Assembly: GCA_051362555.1 (NCBI GenBank)
Contig: CM120643.1
Span: 1,674,001-1,738,000 of the forward strand
Origin: Lingula anatina
Lineage: Eukaryota > Animalia > Brachiopoda
Length of the DNA stretch: 64,000 nt
Reading direction: 5' to 3'
Shown here: one piece after another, positions 50,242 to 62,000 of the stretch
Numbering within the stretch: position 1 is the stretch's first letter
Layout: each line of letters starts with the position of its first letter
The notes under the pieces: generated by a model
What the model was told of the DNA's origin: nothing
Seen by the model: only the letters and a program-made list of their open reading frames with translations
Databases searched by the model: none
Program-made: the position numbers and the translations under genes

Positions 50242-53200
50242 ATGGATTTTCCTCAACCGAACCTTAACGAAAACATAACCAAGGGTAGATTTAAGGGACA
50301 CGTGGCAGTGGTGACTGGCGGAGCGTCTGGTATTGGGAGGGAGTGCGTCAGGCGATTTGCCAACGACGGAGCCTCGGTTGCATTCTTGGACATCAACAAA
50401 GACAGAGGTCGCGAGTACGAGGCAGAGGCACAGAGCGAGGGACACGACGTGACGTGTTTTAACGTTGACGTGACTGATAGAAAGCTGTGTTTTGCGACCC
50501 TTAATGCCATAGCGCAACAGCATGGCGGTAGCATTAACTACCTTGTAAACTGTGCCGCCTGTTTTATTTACAAAGGTTAGTCATCTGCCGCTTTTAAATC
50601 AACACCATTTAGATCCTGCATCTCATCGACGGATTCTTCAGACCATTTATTCTGTTTTATTTTTTTCAATTTTGACTCAAGGAAAAACATTTCATTTTAT
50701 TATATTACTGAAAGAGGAGCGAACAGACGCCATGCAGACGTGCTTACCTAAGTCATATCACAGATATACTAACGATTCCAAAATATTACAGAATAGAATC
50801 GCCTGTACAGTCACAGTGCTGGATGACATATAATACAAATGACATGCATAAACAATATGAAATGTTCATAAATGATACATATTTAACACAAAATATATAA
50901 AATATATAATATCTGAACTTTGGCCACACTCACAACAGTGGAATAGCAGATCAGCGGATCAAATATGGCGACCCACTTAAAAGCGTGCCGCATAATCCCC
51001 TAATATAGACACTGAGTAGATTCCCTGAGGGGATTGCGTGCTAAGCATTCAATTTGGTCGACCATGCTTGATCCGCGGATTTGTTAGACAGCTGTTGTGA
51101 ATGCAGGCACTAGGCCTTCATCAGACTGTCATATATGAACTGTTGATGAATAAATATATAATTGGGGCAGGTCTAGAAGCCACGAAGGACGACTGGGAAA
51201 GGGTACTAGCAGTTAACGTGGAGGGGTATGCTAACATGGTACAGGCTTGTCATCCTCACATGAAGAAAGGTACGTACTGTCCCCCAACTTAAGCAACAAT
51301 TTACAAGTCTCCGTTTCAGCTATTGATACTAAATAAGTCCTGTGGCAAGTTCGATAAAGCCCCCGTTACACTGGACGGCGTCATTTCTGCGTCCCGTAGC
51401 ACGGCCCCTTTTGAAAGTATAAAATAATACAATGTGTGCCGACAGCTGACCAATCATTGAGCATTCATTCTCCAACCAAAGCGATGCTTGTGCCTCCTTT
51501 CTACGACAACAGCGATGCCAGTTTCATGGTCGCTCAAAGGATGGAGAAAGGACGCCGTCCGGTGTAAAGGGGGTTTAAGAAAATGGCATCCTTGTTCATC
51601 ATTGCTTCAAATGATACCACACCCACCGCAGGAAGAGGGATAGAATTTAGCTTAAAAGAATCGTCGCCATTACCCTTTGTCTCCCTTAAATTTAGATGGA
51701 TAAAGATCAGTTTAAAGAACCATCATCATCATAATTCACCATCTCTCTTGTTTTTTTAAATAAAGTCTTTGACACGAAAACTGATCTTTTCGAGTAAGAC
51801 AAGTATTATGCAGATGTCTTCATAATATCTAATTTCTAGCTTTTGGTGATATAGCCTGTCATTATACTTTTCCTTCGACCTTTCTGGATAAAAATCAATA
51901 CAATGTGAGCAGTTTCAGTCTCATCACGTTATAGAAATGATTTTAAATGACATGATATACACTTATTTCTGCCCTTAGCAATATATCTGGTCTGCTGCAA
52001 ATTCGCTGCATATTTCCTCCAATGTTGATGCAAACAGCTACTTCTTCTTGCAAATTTGCAGTAATATGCTTCAAATTAGCAGCAATCAATTTTTTTCATG
52101 CAAATTCCCACAAACTCGTCGCAGCAAACTTTTAGTTTTGCTAAGGATGCTTATCGAATTTCAGCGCCTGCCGGTGACAGGTGCGTCGTCAACATAGCAA
52201 GTGGCAGCGCGTTCGTGACCCAACCTAACAACTGGGTTTACCAGTCCTCTAAGGCGGCAGTGGTGGAGATGTCCAAATCTATGGCCCTCAGTCTGGCCAG
52301 GGATGGTATACGAGTTGTCTCTGTGTCACCAGGAACGATTTGGACCTCATTGGTGAGTGTTGGCGAGTGTTATATCAGACCATTCACTGATGAAAAGAAA
52401 TTGGAAAGAAAAGCGTAATTGTTTTGTCTCTGCTAGTCTAACGGACAATGATTGTGATACTGAAAAGATAATTGGTATGAAAAATATTTTGTAAGGAGTT
52501 TTTTACCTGTTGTTTATCTGAAAGGATTCGTGATAAGCACTGTTTAATGTGCATACATCATTATTCGGTATAAGTTTTCCATTGATCTTTAAATGAAGAC
52601 AGTAGATGACCATGTCAAAACCTCAGTTTTACACAATTTCATAAAGCTGGATGGCTTATAAGCTGCGTAATTTTATCAAAAAAAAAATTAATTAAGGTGG
52701 TCGAGGCAAGAGCATACGGAACCATATAAGGCAAAGGCCTTCAAGTTTGCTCTAACTAACTTAAATTGCTGTAGTTATATGTATTCGTTTTAAGGTTATG
52801 ATTTTTTATTTAGATTGAAATTATTGACAGTTCTTAACACGGTCTAATCACTACGACGCTCAAGTGCGTGCCAACGGTGGGCCTGACCTTTTTCTCAGAG
52901 TTAGTCGTCAAGGGCACATTTTACCAAATTTCAATTAAAACTGAATATAAAAATAAAAATTTGTAAAATGAAATGTTGGAATCGTGGTCATTGATTTTCA
53001 CTATTTTTCATACTGTGCCAATATGTCATTTCAGGTCGCAAAAATTGTCGACCACGATAAAGAACTTGCCCAGTCCATCTGGGGAAAGTCGCCTATGTTA
53101 ACTCGGTGTGGAGAGAGCGCCGAGGTAGCGTCCGTCGTCGCCTTTCTCTGCAGCAGGGACGCAGGGTTTATCACGGGGACAGACGTCAAGGTGGACGGTG

Positions 53201-53280
53201 GGTATACGGCTATTGGGCCAGAGGGACACTCGGACGCTGTTGGGCGGAAACAGACACTCCATTCCAAGAGCAAATGTTGA
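50242..53280 (+). CDS. Short-chain dehydrogenase/reductase (classical SDR, ~288-295 aa)
   Basis: Exons 50242 (or 50221)-50575, 51171-51269, 52165-52352 and 53035-53280, GT-AG with phases 1, 1, 0. Motifs TGGASGIG, VNIAS, YQSSK, VSPG, ITGTDVKVDGG. Confidence 0.92.
50925..51105. mobile_element. Degenerate MITE family (GCATTCACAACAG-type TIR); relatives at ~20335-20520 and ~53560-53738
   Basis: Inverted ends CACTCACAACAG / CTGTTGTGAATGC and shared AAATATGGCG..ACCCAC motifs. Confidence 0.55.
51358..51575. mobile_element. PIF/Harbinger-like MITE, TAA TSD, in SDR intron 2
   Basis: TIR AGCCCCCGTTACACTGGACGGCGTC / GACGCCGTCCGGTGTAAAGGGGGTT with TAA on both sides. Confidence 0.8.
51972..52147. mobile_element. 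CACTA/EnSpm-like MITE in SDR intron 2
   Basis: CCCTTAGCAA...TTGCTAAGG ends with GCTGCAAA/GCAGCAAA subterminal repeats. Confidence 0.6.
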
Positions 53281-56021
53281 TTCGAGGACACGTCACTGAT
53301 GTGACGACAAGTGCCAATTAATAGCTACAATTTTGATGGTATTCACGACTGCTGCATCATTGTCAAATGCATTGGGAGTTTGCGCGGTTAGACAGTACAG
53401 CTCTGAAATAAGAACGCATGTACACGTGCTTGTTTTGATAAGGACGCGTATAGCTGAAATAGCTATTAAAATAGCTTCGATTTTGATGGAATTCATGACT
53501 GCTGCACCATTGTAAAATTGGGATGTTCGCGGTTAGACAGTAATTAATGCTGTGACATAGGGCACAATCAGAACAACTTGATCTGCGGACTAAATATGGC
53601 GCCACCCACTTGAAAGTGTACCGAGATTTAACTGCCATACCCCCGCTGTGCGTGGGAGGTGGGAATCCATTGACAAGTGGGTGCCATATTTGATATGTGG
53701 ACTAGTTAGTCCACGGATCAACTCTGTTGTGAATGCTCTCACAGGAACACACTAATAGTACCTAATAGTAATTTGGAGGTATGGTTTTAAACAACTAATT
53801 TAATTTAGTTAAATGTGGTGACAGGACTGGTAGAATCAATATTCAAGGTATATAAATGTGGAGGGATTTTTAAAGAATTAATACTGATCACAAATTTGAA
53901 GTGCATCAATTCAGAGATAATAAGCGGGTCAGTGGTGCTGGCAATTGAGCATTAAGTGTTTTAAAGATATACACGTATGAAAGAATTTACTTAAAACATG
54001 GCTACAGACATTTAACAAAATTTGATGAAATTATATGCTTTATTATATTCAAGTCAAAACCAATAATAGTGTTATGTTACACTTACACTTGCTGCTTTAC
54101 TGAAAATGCAGATCAAACTATTACCTCCATTAAGACAATTATTTTTTCATCGAAAAGACCGAAGAATAACCATACTCCTTTTACAAATACGTAAACATAT
54201 TTCTATTTGTAATACATTCACATCAGACTTACAGTGTATGAACAATAATATAAAGTGCATATATACCAGTATATACATATAGTAAACACTGGTTCTTTTT
54301 ACAAACTGATAAAACAGAGTACAAAATAACAAGAAACACCTGATAAAACATCATATATAAAATGGATGATCTACAAATAGATTTACATCAATATGAAAAG
54401 CAAAAACTTCTATATACGGGTAAGTACATGTAAATACCTGAAAGTACATATATACACAACCTTTAAAAAGTGTCCTTTATTGTAACTTACTGGTGATATT
54501 TGTATTAAAATTGGCATTAATAAATATTAACTCTTAAGGAACTCTTACTATGGTAAAAATATTTGGTAACCTAAAATCCCTGTCTAGTTGTCATATTTTG
54601 GATAAATCCGTATGCTGCAGCATCAAGCTAAAATGAGATAATTGTGGATTTGCACTTTTTTTTACCAAACCTTCTACGCACAGCATTGAAATTATTATAT
54701 TAATATAAAAATATAAATACAGCAATGTTAACACTGCGGTTGAAAAGTTATTTTAAGGTGATTCCTCTAAAATAAATAATTGAGCTAAACTGCAATTTTA
54801 CAAAACTTTTTGGCATAAAGGTTTGTGCATAAAAAAAAAGTCACACATATGAAATCACATAAAAACAATAAAAATGACAATATTATACAGTGTATCAAAT
54901 ATGAGCATGATACTATATGTCATAAAATGATACAATATATCAAATATGACCATGATACTATACATAGGACATTATGACAATGATACTAAACATCATAAAA
55001 TGATACAATATATCAATAATATGACAAATATATCTGATGCCTGCTTCCACATACAGTAATTAATACATCTCTTAGAATTGTGAGAAGATGTGGCATTAAC
55101 AGAGTGTAATCAAAACATTAATGCTTTTGTATTATATCACATATAATGTAAGTTGTTTTTGGCATTATGAATAAATAAATATATCACATGTCCATTGTTT
55201 TAACATATGAACTCAACCAAGATTATTAACATTTTCAAGATTTTATTTTTTAATTTTTCAATTTTACATTTATTTCTTACATGATCTGAATAAATGATAG
55301 ACCAAATAGTCATGAACAGAGGAGTGCATACTAAAATATCAGATTGTCTATGTGTCAGTAAACCTTGAAAAACTACCAATAAAAGTGCTCTATTCTACTG
55401 ATAACATGTTCCAACTTGAACTACAGCAGATCACAATATTACCTAAGAAAGTGTCCACATGCAAACTCGAATCTCAAAGGCAGAAATAACCTCTGTCAGT
55501 TTTATAGACAAAGCATGTCATGTTTAAAATAATAGAATGGATAAGCTGTAAAAATAAAAACCATCTGACAACAGGAGTGAATCTTTCCCAGAAAATTTTA
55601 CAGCTGCCATATTTCTGTCTGCTACTATGGCATCCTAAAAATCACACCGGGCGATGGATCTTAAGTAAGAACAGAGCATATTTTCTGACCATGTTTAAAA
55701 CAATACTAATGCAATGTGTATTTGATATTTAAGTACAACCAAGGAGACAGTCATTTTTTTCTGAAAATTGTGTTTTTCATGAGGTCAGGCCTACATGTAC
55801 ATGTATTTCCTGCAATATCTGAATATAATACACTGTAAAATGTGTTACAAGCCTCCTGAGGTCTGTGAAGAAACTAAGTGTGTGTTTAGAATGGAGGCAA
55901 ACTGCTATAACAAGTTTGATATTTTCCAAATCCAAAACCTCAAAAAATGTTTAAGGTTACAGAGATGAGCCACCTTCCTAGTGTAGGTCACAGGTGAACT
56001 GGTTTCGCTACTCATACCTCA

Positions 56022-59000
56022 TCACGCCTCTGCTGCATTGCTCATTTGTGACCTGTGTCCGGAATGGTTACGGAATGAGACCGCGTGGCTGGCCCTAGAC
56101 GCCCGTGACGATCTCCCTGTTAGGTTAGTCCGACTGTCTTCTTGCTGACTGAGGAAGTGAGAAGGGGAGCTGTGGGGGTTGGAGCTGGACCCGCCCTCCC
56201 CACTCAGCATGGTCATGGGGCGTCCTGAGGCCTTCTCGGGGACGTAGAGATTCCGTGTGGAAACCAGGCTGGGGCGGCCCTCTCTGTGAAAGTGGAAGAT
56301 AAAAAATAAAAATAAATGATGCAAAATATACCAAAGCTGCAGCTTTATATGGTTAAATATATTCTCCCACTTGTACATTCTTTTATTTTGTTTTAATTCA
56401 CACCAAGCTTTGAGATAAAGGGGTATCTGGTTTTTAGTTTGCTTAAATTGTTAAACTGTGGAGAAAAAACCACATCATTCTAAATTGTGGTGGTTTTTAA
56501 TGGAGGTATAAATGGAAAAAATTATTTGTAATCTCTTTACATCTGCAAGTGGGTACCATGTGATCTTACTCAATAGGAGACAGTATTGGAGCATGTATTT
56601 AAGAACACAAAGGTGGCAGTATAGGTATTTAAGAGCACTTACTCAATAGGTGGCAGTAGAGGTATTTTAGAGCATTTACTCAATAGATGGCAGTATAGGT
56701 ATTCAAGAGCACTTACTCAATAGGTGGCAGTCCTACAGTCTTGTAGTGGTGCCAGCCCTCTATGAATGAGGGTGACAACCTGGCTTTGCTGCAGTAATAC
56801 TTCAGGGCTTTCATCAAGTAAGGGTCTTTACGACACCTGGGACAAATAGAAGAAACACACAAGCTTTGACACAAAGAACCTTGTGAAACTCAACACAAAA
56901 TTAACAAAATCCTCGGTTAATAAAGTGTGGGAATTTTCCCAGCATAAACAATATTATATATAAGTTATATATAAGTTTAAGGCTTTTCAAAACTGTAAAT
57001 TAATAATTTTAATTGTCCTACATTTTTTCAGTTTTAAGCACTGAGAGTACTTGATACATCAATTGACTACAACAGATGTATATTGTGTTTATTTTCATGA
57101 CCATAACAAAAGATTCCAGTATCTTTAAATTTGAATGATTTGTTAGTGCAATTGATGACCAGTTGTGTTTACCTGTTCAGTAACTGTCGTTCAGCATCAT
57201 GGTTATGAGACAGGTACCCCAGAGCGACAGCGGCACACCCCTGGACCAACTCTGCGTCCACCAACATCAGGTTACATAGTAAATCTACAGCATGGATTGA
57301 GACAATAGCTGCAGGAACACCTGCAATAACAATAACAATACAGTAAATCTACAGCATGGATTGAGACAATAGCTGCAGGAACACCTGCAATAACAATAAC
57401 AATACAGTAAATCTACAGCATGGATTGAGACAATAGCTGCAGGAACACCTGCAATAACAATAACAATACAGTAAATCTACAGCATGGATTGAGCCAACAG
57501 CTGCAGGAACACCTGCAATAACAATAACAATACAGTAAATCTACAGCATGGATTGTGACAATAGCTGCAGGAACACCTGCAATAACAATTTCAATACAGT
57601 AAATCTACAGCATGGATTGAGCCAACAGCTGCAGGAACACCTGCAATAACAATAACAATACAGTAAATCTACAGCATGGATTGAGACAACAGCTGCAGGA
57701 ACACCTACAATAACAATAACAATACAGTAAATCTACAGCATGGATTGAGACAACAGCTGCAGGAACACCTACAATAACAATAACAATACAGTAAATCTAC
57801 AGCATGGAGTGAGACAATAGCTGCAGGAACACCTATAATAACAATAACAATACAGTAAATCTACATCATGGACTGAGACAATAGCTGCAGGAACACCTAC
57901 AATAACAATAACAATACAGTTAATCTACAGCATGGATTGAGACAATAGCTGCAGGAACACCTACAATAACAATAACAATACAGTAAATCTACAGCATGGA
58001 TTGAGACAATAGCTGCAGGAACACCTACAATAACAATAACAATAACAATACAGTAAATCTACAGCATGGATTGAGACGATAGCTGCAGGAACACCTACAA
58101 TAATAATAACAATGCAGTAAATCTACAGCATGGATTGAGACAATAGCTGCAGGAACACCTACAATAACAATAACAATACAGTAAATCTATAGCATGGAAT
58201 GAGACAATAGCTGCAGGAACATCTACAATAACAATAACAATACAGTAAATCTACAGCATGGATTGAGGCAATAGCTGAAGGAACACCTACAATAACAATA
58301 ACAATACAGTAAATCTACAGCATGGATTGAGACAATAGCTGCAGGAACACCTACAATAACAATAACAATACAGTAAATCTACAGCATGGATTGAGACAAT
58401 AGCTGCAGGAACACCTACAATAACAATAACAATACAGTAAATCAGCAGCATGGATTGAGGCAATAGCTGCAGGAACACCTACAATAACAATAACAATACA
58501 GTAAATCTACAGCATGGATTGAGACAATAGCTGATAATACTATTACAAAACAAAATCAATAAATCAATAAAGAAATAATACAATACAGTGATTTTACAAT
58601 CACAAAGTAAGAATACTAGTAATGTTAACACAAAGCAGTAAAAATAAAACAGTAACAACACAATAACAAAATAATGGTCATGAAAAAGCAGTACAATGGC
58701 AAGGAAATAAATATAAATCACAATTACAAAACATCAATATCACAGAGTTCAGCATCAACTGTGCATCTACCAGCATTTGCTTCACGACGTGTGTGTGTGT
58801 GTGTGTGTGTGTGCATGTGTATGTATATATGTGTGTGTGTGAATGTGTTTATGTGCATGCACTGGGTATATGTGCACATGCATGTGTATTAATATGTGTG
58901 CACATCTGCATGTATGGCTGTGTGTACTTGTATGCATGCGTGTGTGTGTGTTTACATATTCACACGTGTTGAAGAAGGTACGGGGATCATAGTGAAAAGC

Positions 59001-62000
59001 ATGTCAAGATATCTTCACTATCAGCCAAGGTCCCTCTGCCCTGGCTTGTAATTAGGTGGGAAGAAGAAGGTAGGACTATAGAAGAACTATAGGGTTTCTC
59101 CTTACCTGCTCTAGTGTGTGCCAGCCTAGCCAGACAATCTGCAGCCAAACTCTGTATGGTCTCACTCTGAGACTCCTGTATGAGATCCACCAGAAGTTTG
59201 ATGCCTTTGGCAGACGACACGGCTTGCTCCTCATCTGGGATGATTCTAGAGAGCACAACCACCTGGAGAAATATTTTTTAAATGTGTTATACATGGCTTA
59301 GCTTGTATGTAAAAATCTTGCACCAAACAATTCATAATGGGGAAAGGTACTTTTGACTGATTCTTGCTAATTTTTATCCAATTTAGTGACTATTTTTTCT
59401 TCAACAAGAACTTGGCTAAAGCACTATACATCTAGATGACTTCAGACAAAATTTTAAAGGACTTTTTTATCAATTTAAAAAAACACTCCCCTGAATTCCT
59501 ACCTGAAATGCAGCATTACAGCGGAAAAACTCATCCACAGAGACCAGGAAGGGCTCGAAGCAATTAAACCTCACGCCACCTTGTTCAGCTATTTCCCGCT
59601 GCTGAGTCACACTGTTGAATGCAAACGCCGCCAACGCAGCTCCTGCCAGGAGCCGCACCAGAGGATCTTGGGAATACATCATGCGTAGAATACGAACGTA
59701 GCTAAATTCCACATTTGACTGGATTTCCTTCATGACTTCTTCATTACCTGAAGAATACAATGCTATCATATGAGAAATGAATAATAAATTCCAAATAGTT
59801 CAATGTTATACTGGTATAGTTTCTTGCTTTCACTTGTCAGTTTTTTTAAATAACAGCACACGTACTTCTTATTTTCCAAGGAGCATATATTACTCTAACA
59901 AAGTAATAAGAATTTGACTGAGTTCTCTTGGTGAAGGGGGATGTGTTTTTACAAGCAATTGCTTGTGAATAAAAAGAAAGCATGAACAGTTTTCCCCTTT
60001 ATGTTATAAGAAGGCAGGGATAGTTTTCCCCTACAGTATCCTAGCAATGACGGAAACATTTTGTAGCAATGGAGGTAAAATTCCCTCTGATCCATGAACC
60101 TTAAGTGCCATACAAAACACCAAAACAGTGGTTATAGCAATTATTCTGGACTCTGCTTTCCATCAAACCACAAGGGCCTTAATACATTGCTATACCTCCA
60201 TGAAAATATCTTCAGAGATTACCAACCTTTTATTAAAAAAAAAAAAAAAAACAGGGGCTGATTTTGATTGTCTGAATGGATTCATTAACCACTGGTAAGT
60301 ATGGGAAAATTGTCATTTATCCCACAAAAAAAATCCATTTTTTTACCAAAATGAACAGTTGTTATCCCTTTCAGAATAATTAGGGACTAGGGAATCGATA
60401 GGGAACAAATAAAAATGCAAAAGCAAATGGGAGTTATAACAATCTGCTCTCAAGTCCAACAACAACATTAACTCCTGCCCTTCTCATACATAATGCAGCT
60501 TGTAGAATTCACTGTATACAAACTAGGACTGTATACATTGGTGGCATGTTTCTCCAAACTTTACTGAACAATGACCTTTCAAGAACAAAATGAAAAGAGC
60601 TTTCTTTAAGCAAGCTGTGGTGTTTTGACTACTGGTACTGTACTAGAATGCAGGATAGTTTAGGTCTGCTTTAGACCCTTTAAACATGGCAGACATAATA
60701 TGTACCTAAGGTTGGGTTGAGTTTTTTTTTTTTTTTTTTTTTTGTAATTTATGAAAAAGAAAGGGTCTTTTCAAAATAAAGAAATGCCCCACCAAGGAAT
60801 TGCCTTACTATAACAATTTCTCCACCTCTGTTGAATGGCAGGCTAGCTGTCTGGACAATGGCTTTTGTTTGAAAATCTTTAGACTCCAAAAACGTCTGTG
60901 GGAATGAACATCTGAATGTCTCTCATTTTACATATGGAATGCTATATACGGTGAATGTTAATCAATTTATGCCACAAGCCTTTCTTGCCATCTTAGGGTG
61001 TGTTCACAATGGATTATCATACAAGATAGTTCAAAACAATTCCACAAGTACTCTCGCTAAATGCAATTAATAGGTTAACACACCTCCACTTGTTTCCAAC
61101 ATACTTATATAATACCAGCTTATCAGTATTGCAAGAAGCAAGAAGCGGTCATCTTTAATCACATTCAGCCAAAGTCCCTGTGGAGTTAGTTCGAGCTAGT
61201 TTTACTGTGAACATATCCTTACCTGGAGTAGCGCTAACACTTGCCAATTTAGCCAAATGCTAAAACTGACTTAAATTGGCTAAAGAAAAAGGACTTGATT
61301 TGACATGTTTTAGCCAAATTATAATCATTTTGATAATAAACTGACAAAAATGTGGTGATTTGGCTAAGTGAAAAAAATTGCTAGCGCTACCCCAGCTTAC
61401 ATACAGTACCTATACAGGTAACAGCTGTCAATAATTTCTAGACACTTTTTTGTTTATCCTCAATTCCCCTTTGAACAATATATGTTTTGTCACAGTATTT
61501 TGATACTGTGCAGCCATTACTACAACCTAACAAAATTCTCAATGTATAATGATTACACTGCATGCATTAAATTCAAACAAAATTAAAATAAAGCATTTCA
61601 CAAATAAATAAAGTTTGCCTCTAACTTATGGTAATTACTCAATCTTTTCAATGGGGGTAGAATTTACAGCTACTGTACTGTATTTTTAAGTCATAATTTC
61701 TTAAAATATGAACATTCATACTGAGTGGTAGCAACAAAATTACAAAGCAGGCCACTATATTATTCAATTCTTTGCAGTAAAAGCACCACAAATGTATTAA
61801 TTACAGAACTATTATTTTTGAAATTACAAAATTATGTGTCTCAAAGTTTGATCATTTTTGTCCATTGAAGAGATCGGGTAATTACTGTACTTTGCAGATC
61901 ATACTTACCCAGACATACACAACCCAATGTTTGAGCAGCTTCAACTTTTATCAGTTCATTCTCTGGATGAACCATCAAAGCTACGAGAAACTTAATTCCC

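Noticed and set aside
53266-53280. Peroxisomal PTS1 at the SDR C-terminus (SKC)
   Set aside because: Terminal Cys does not fit the S/A/C-K/R/H-L/M consensus.
53750-56000. Hidden gene between SDR and ANKAR
   Set aside because: AT-rich with no credible exons; consistent with convergent 3' UTRs and a small ATGATAC low-complexity repeat near 54875-55030.
57278-58533. CRISPR-like regular array
   Set aside because: Units repeat in full with no unique spacers, there are no cas genes, the context is eukaryotic, and the unit derives from the adjacent exon junction.
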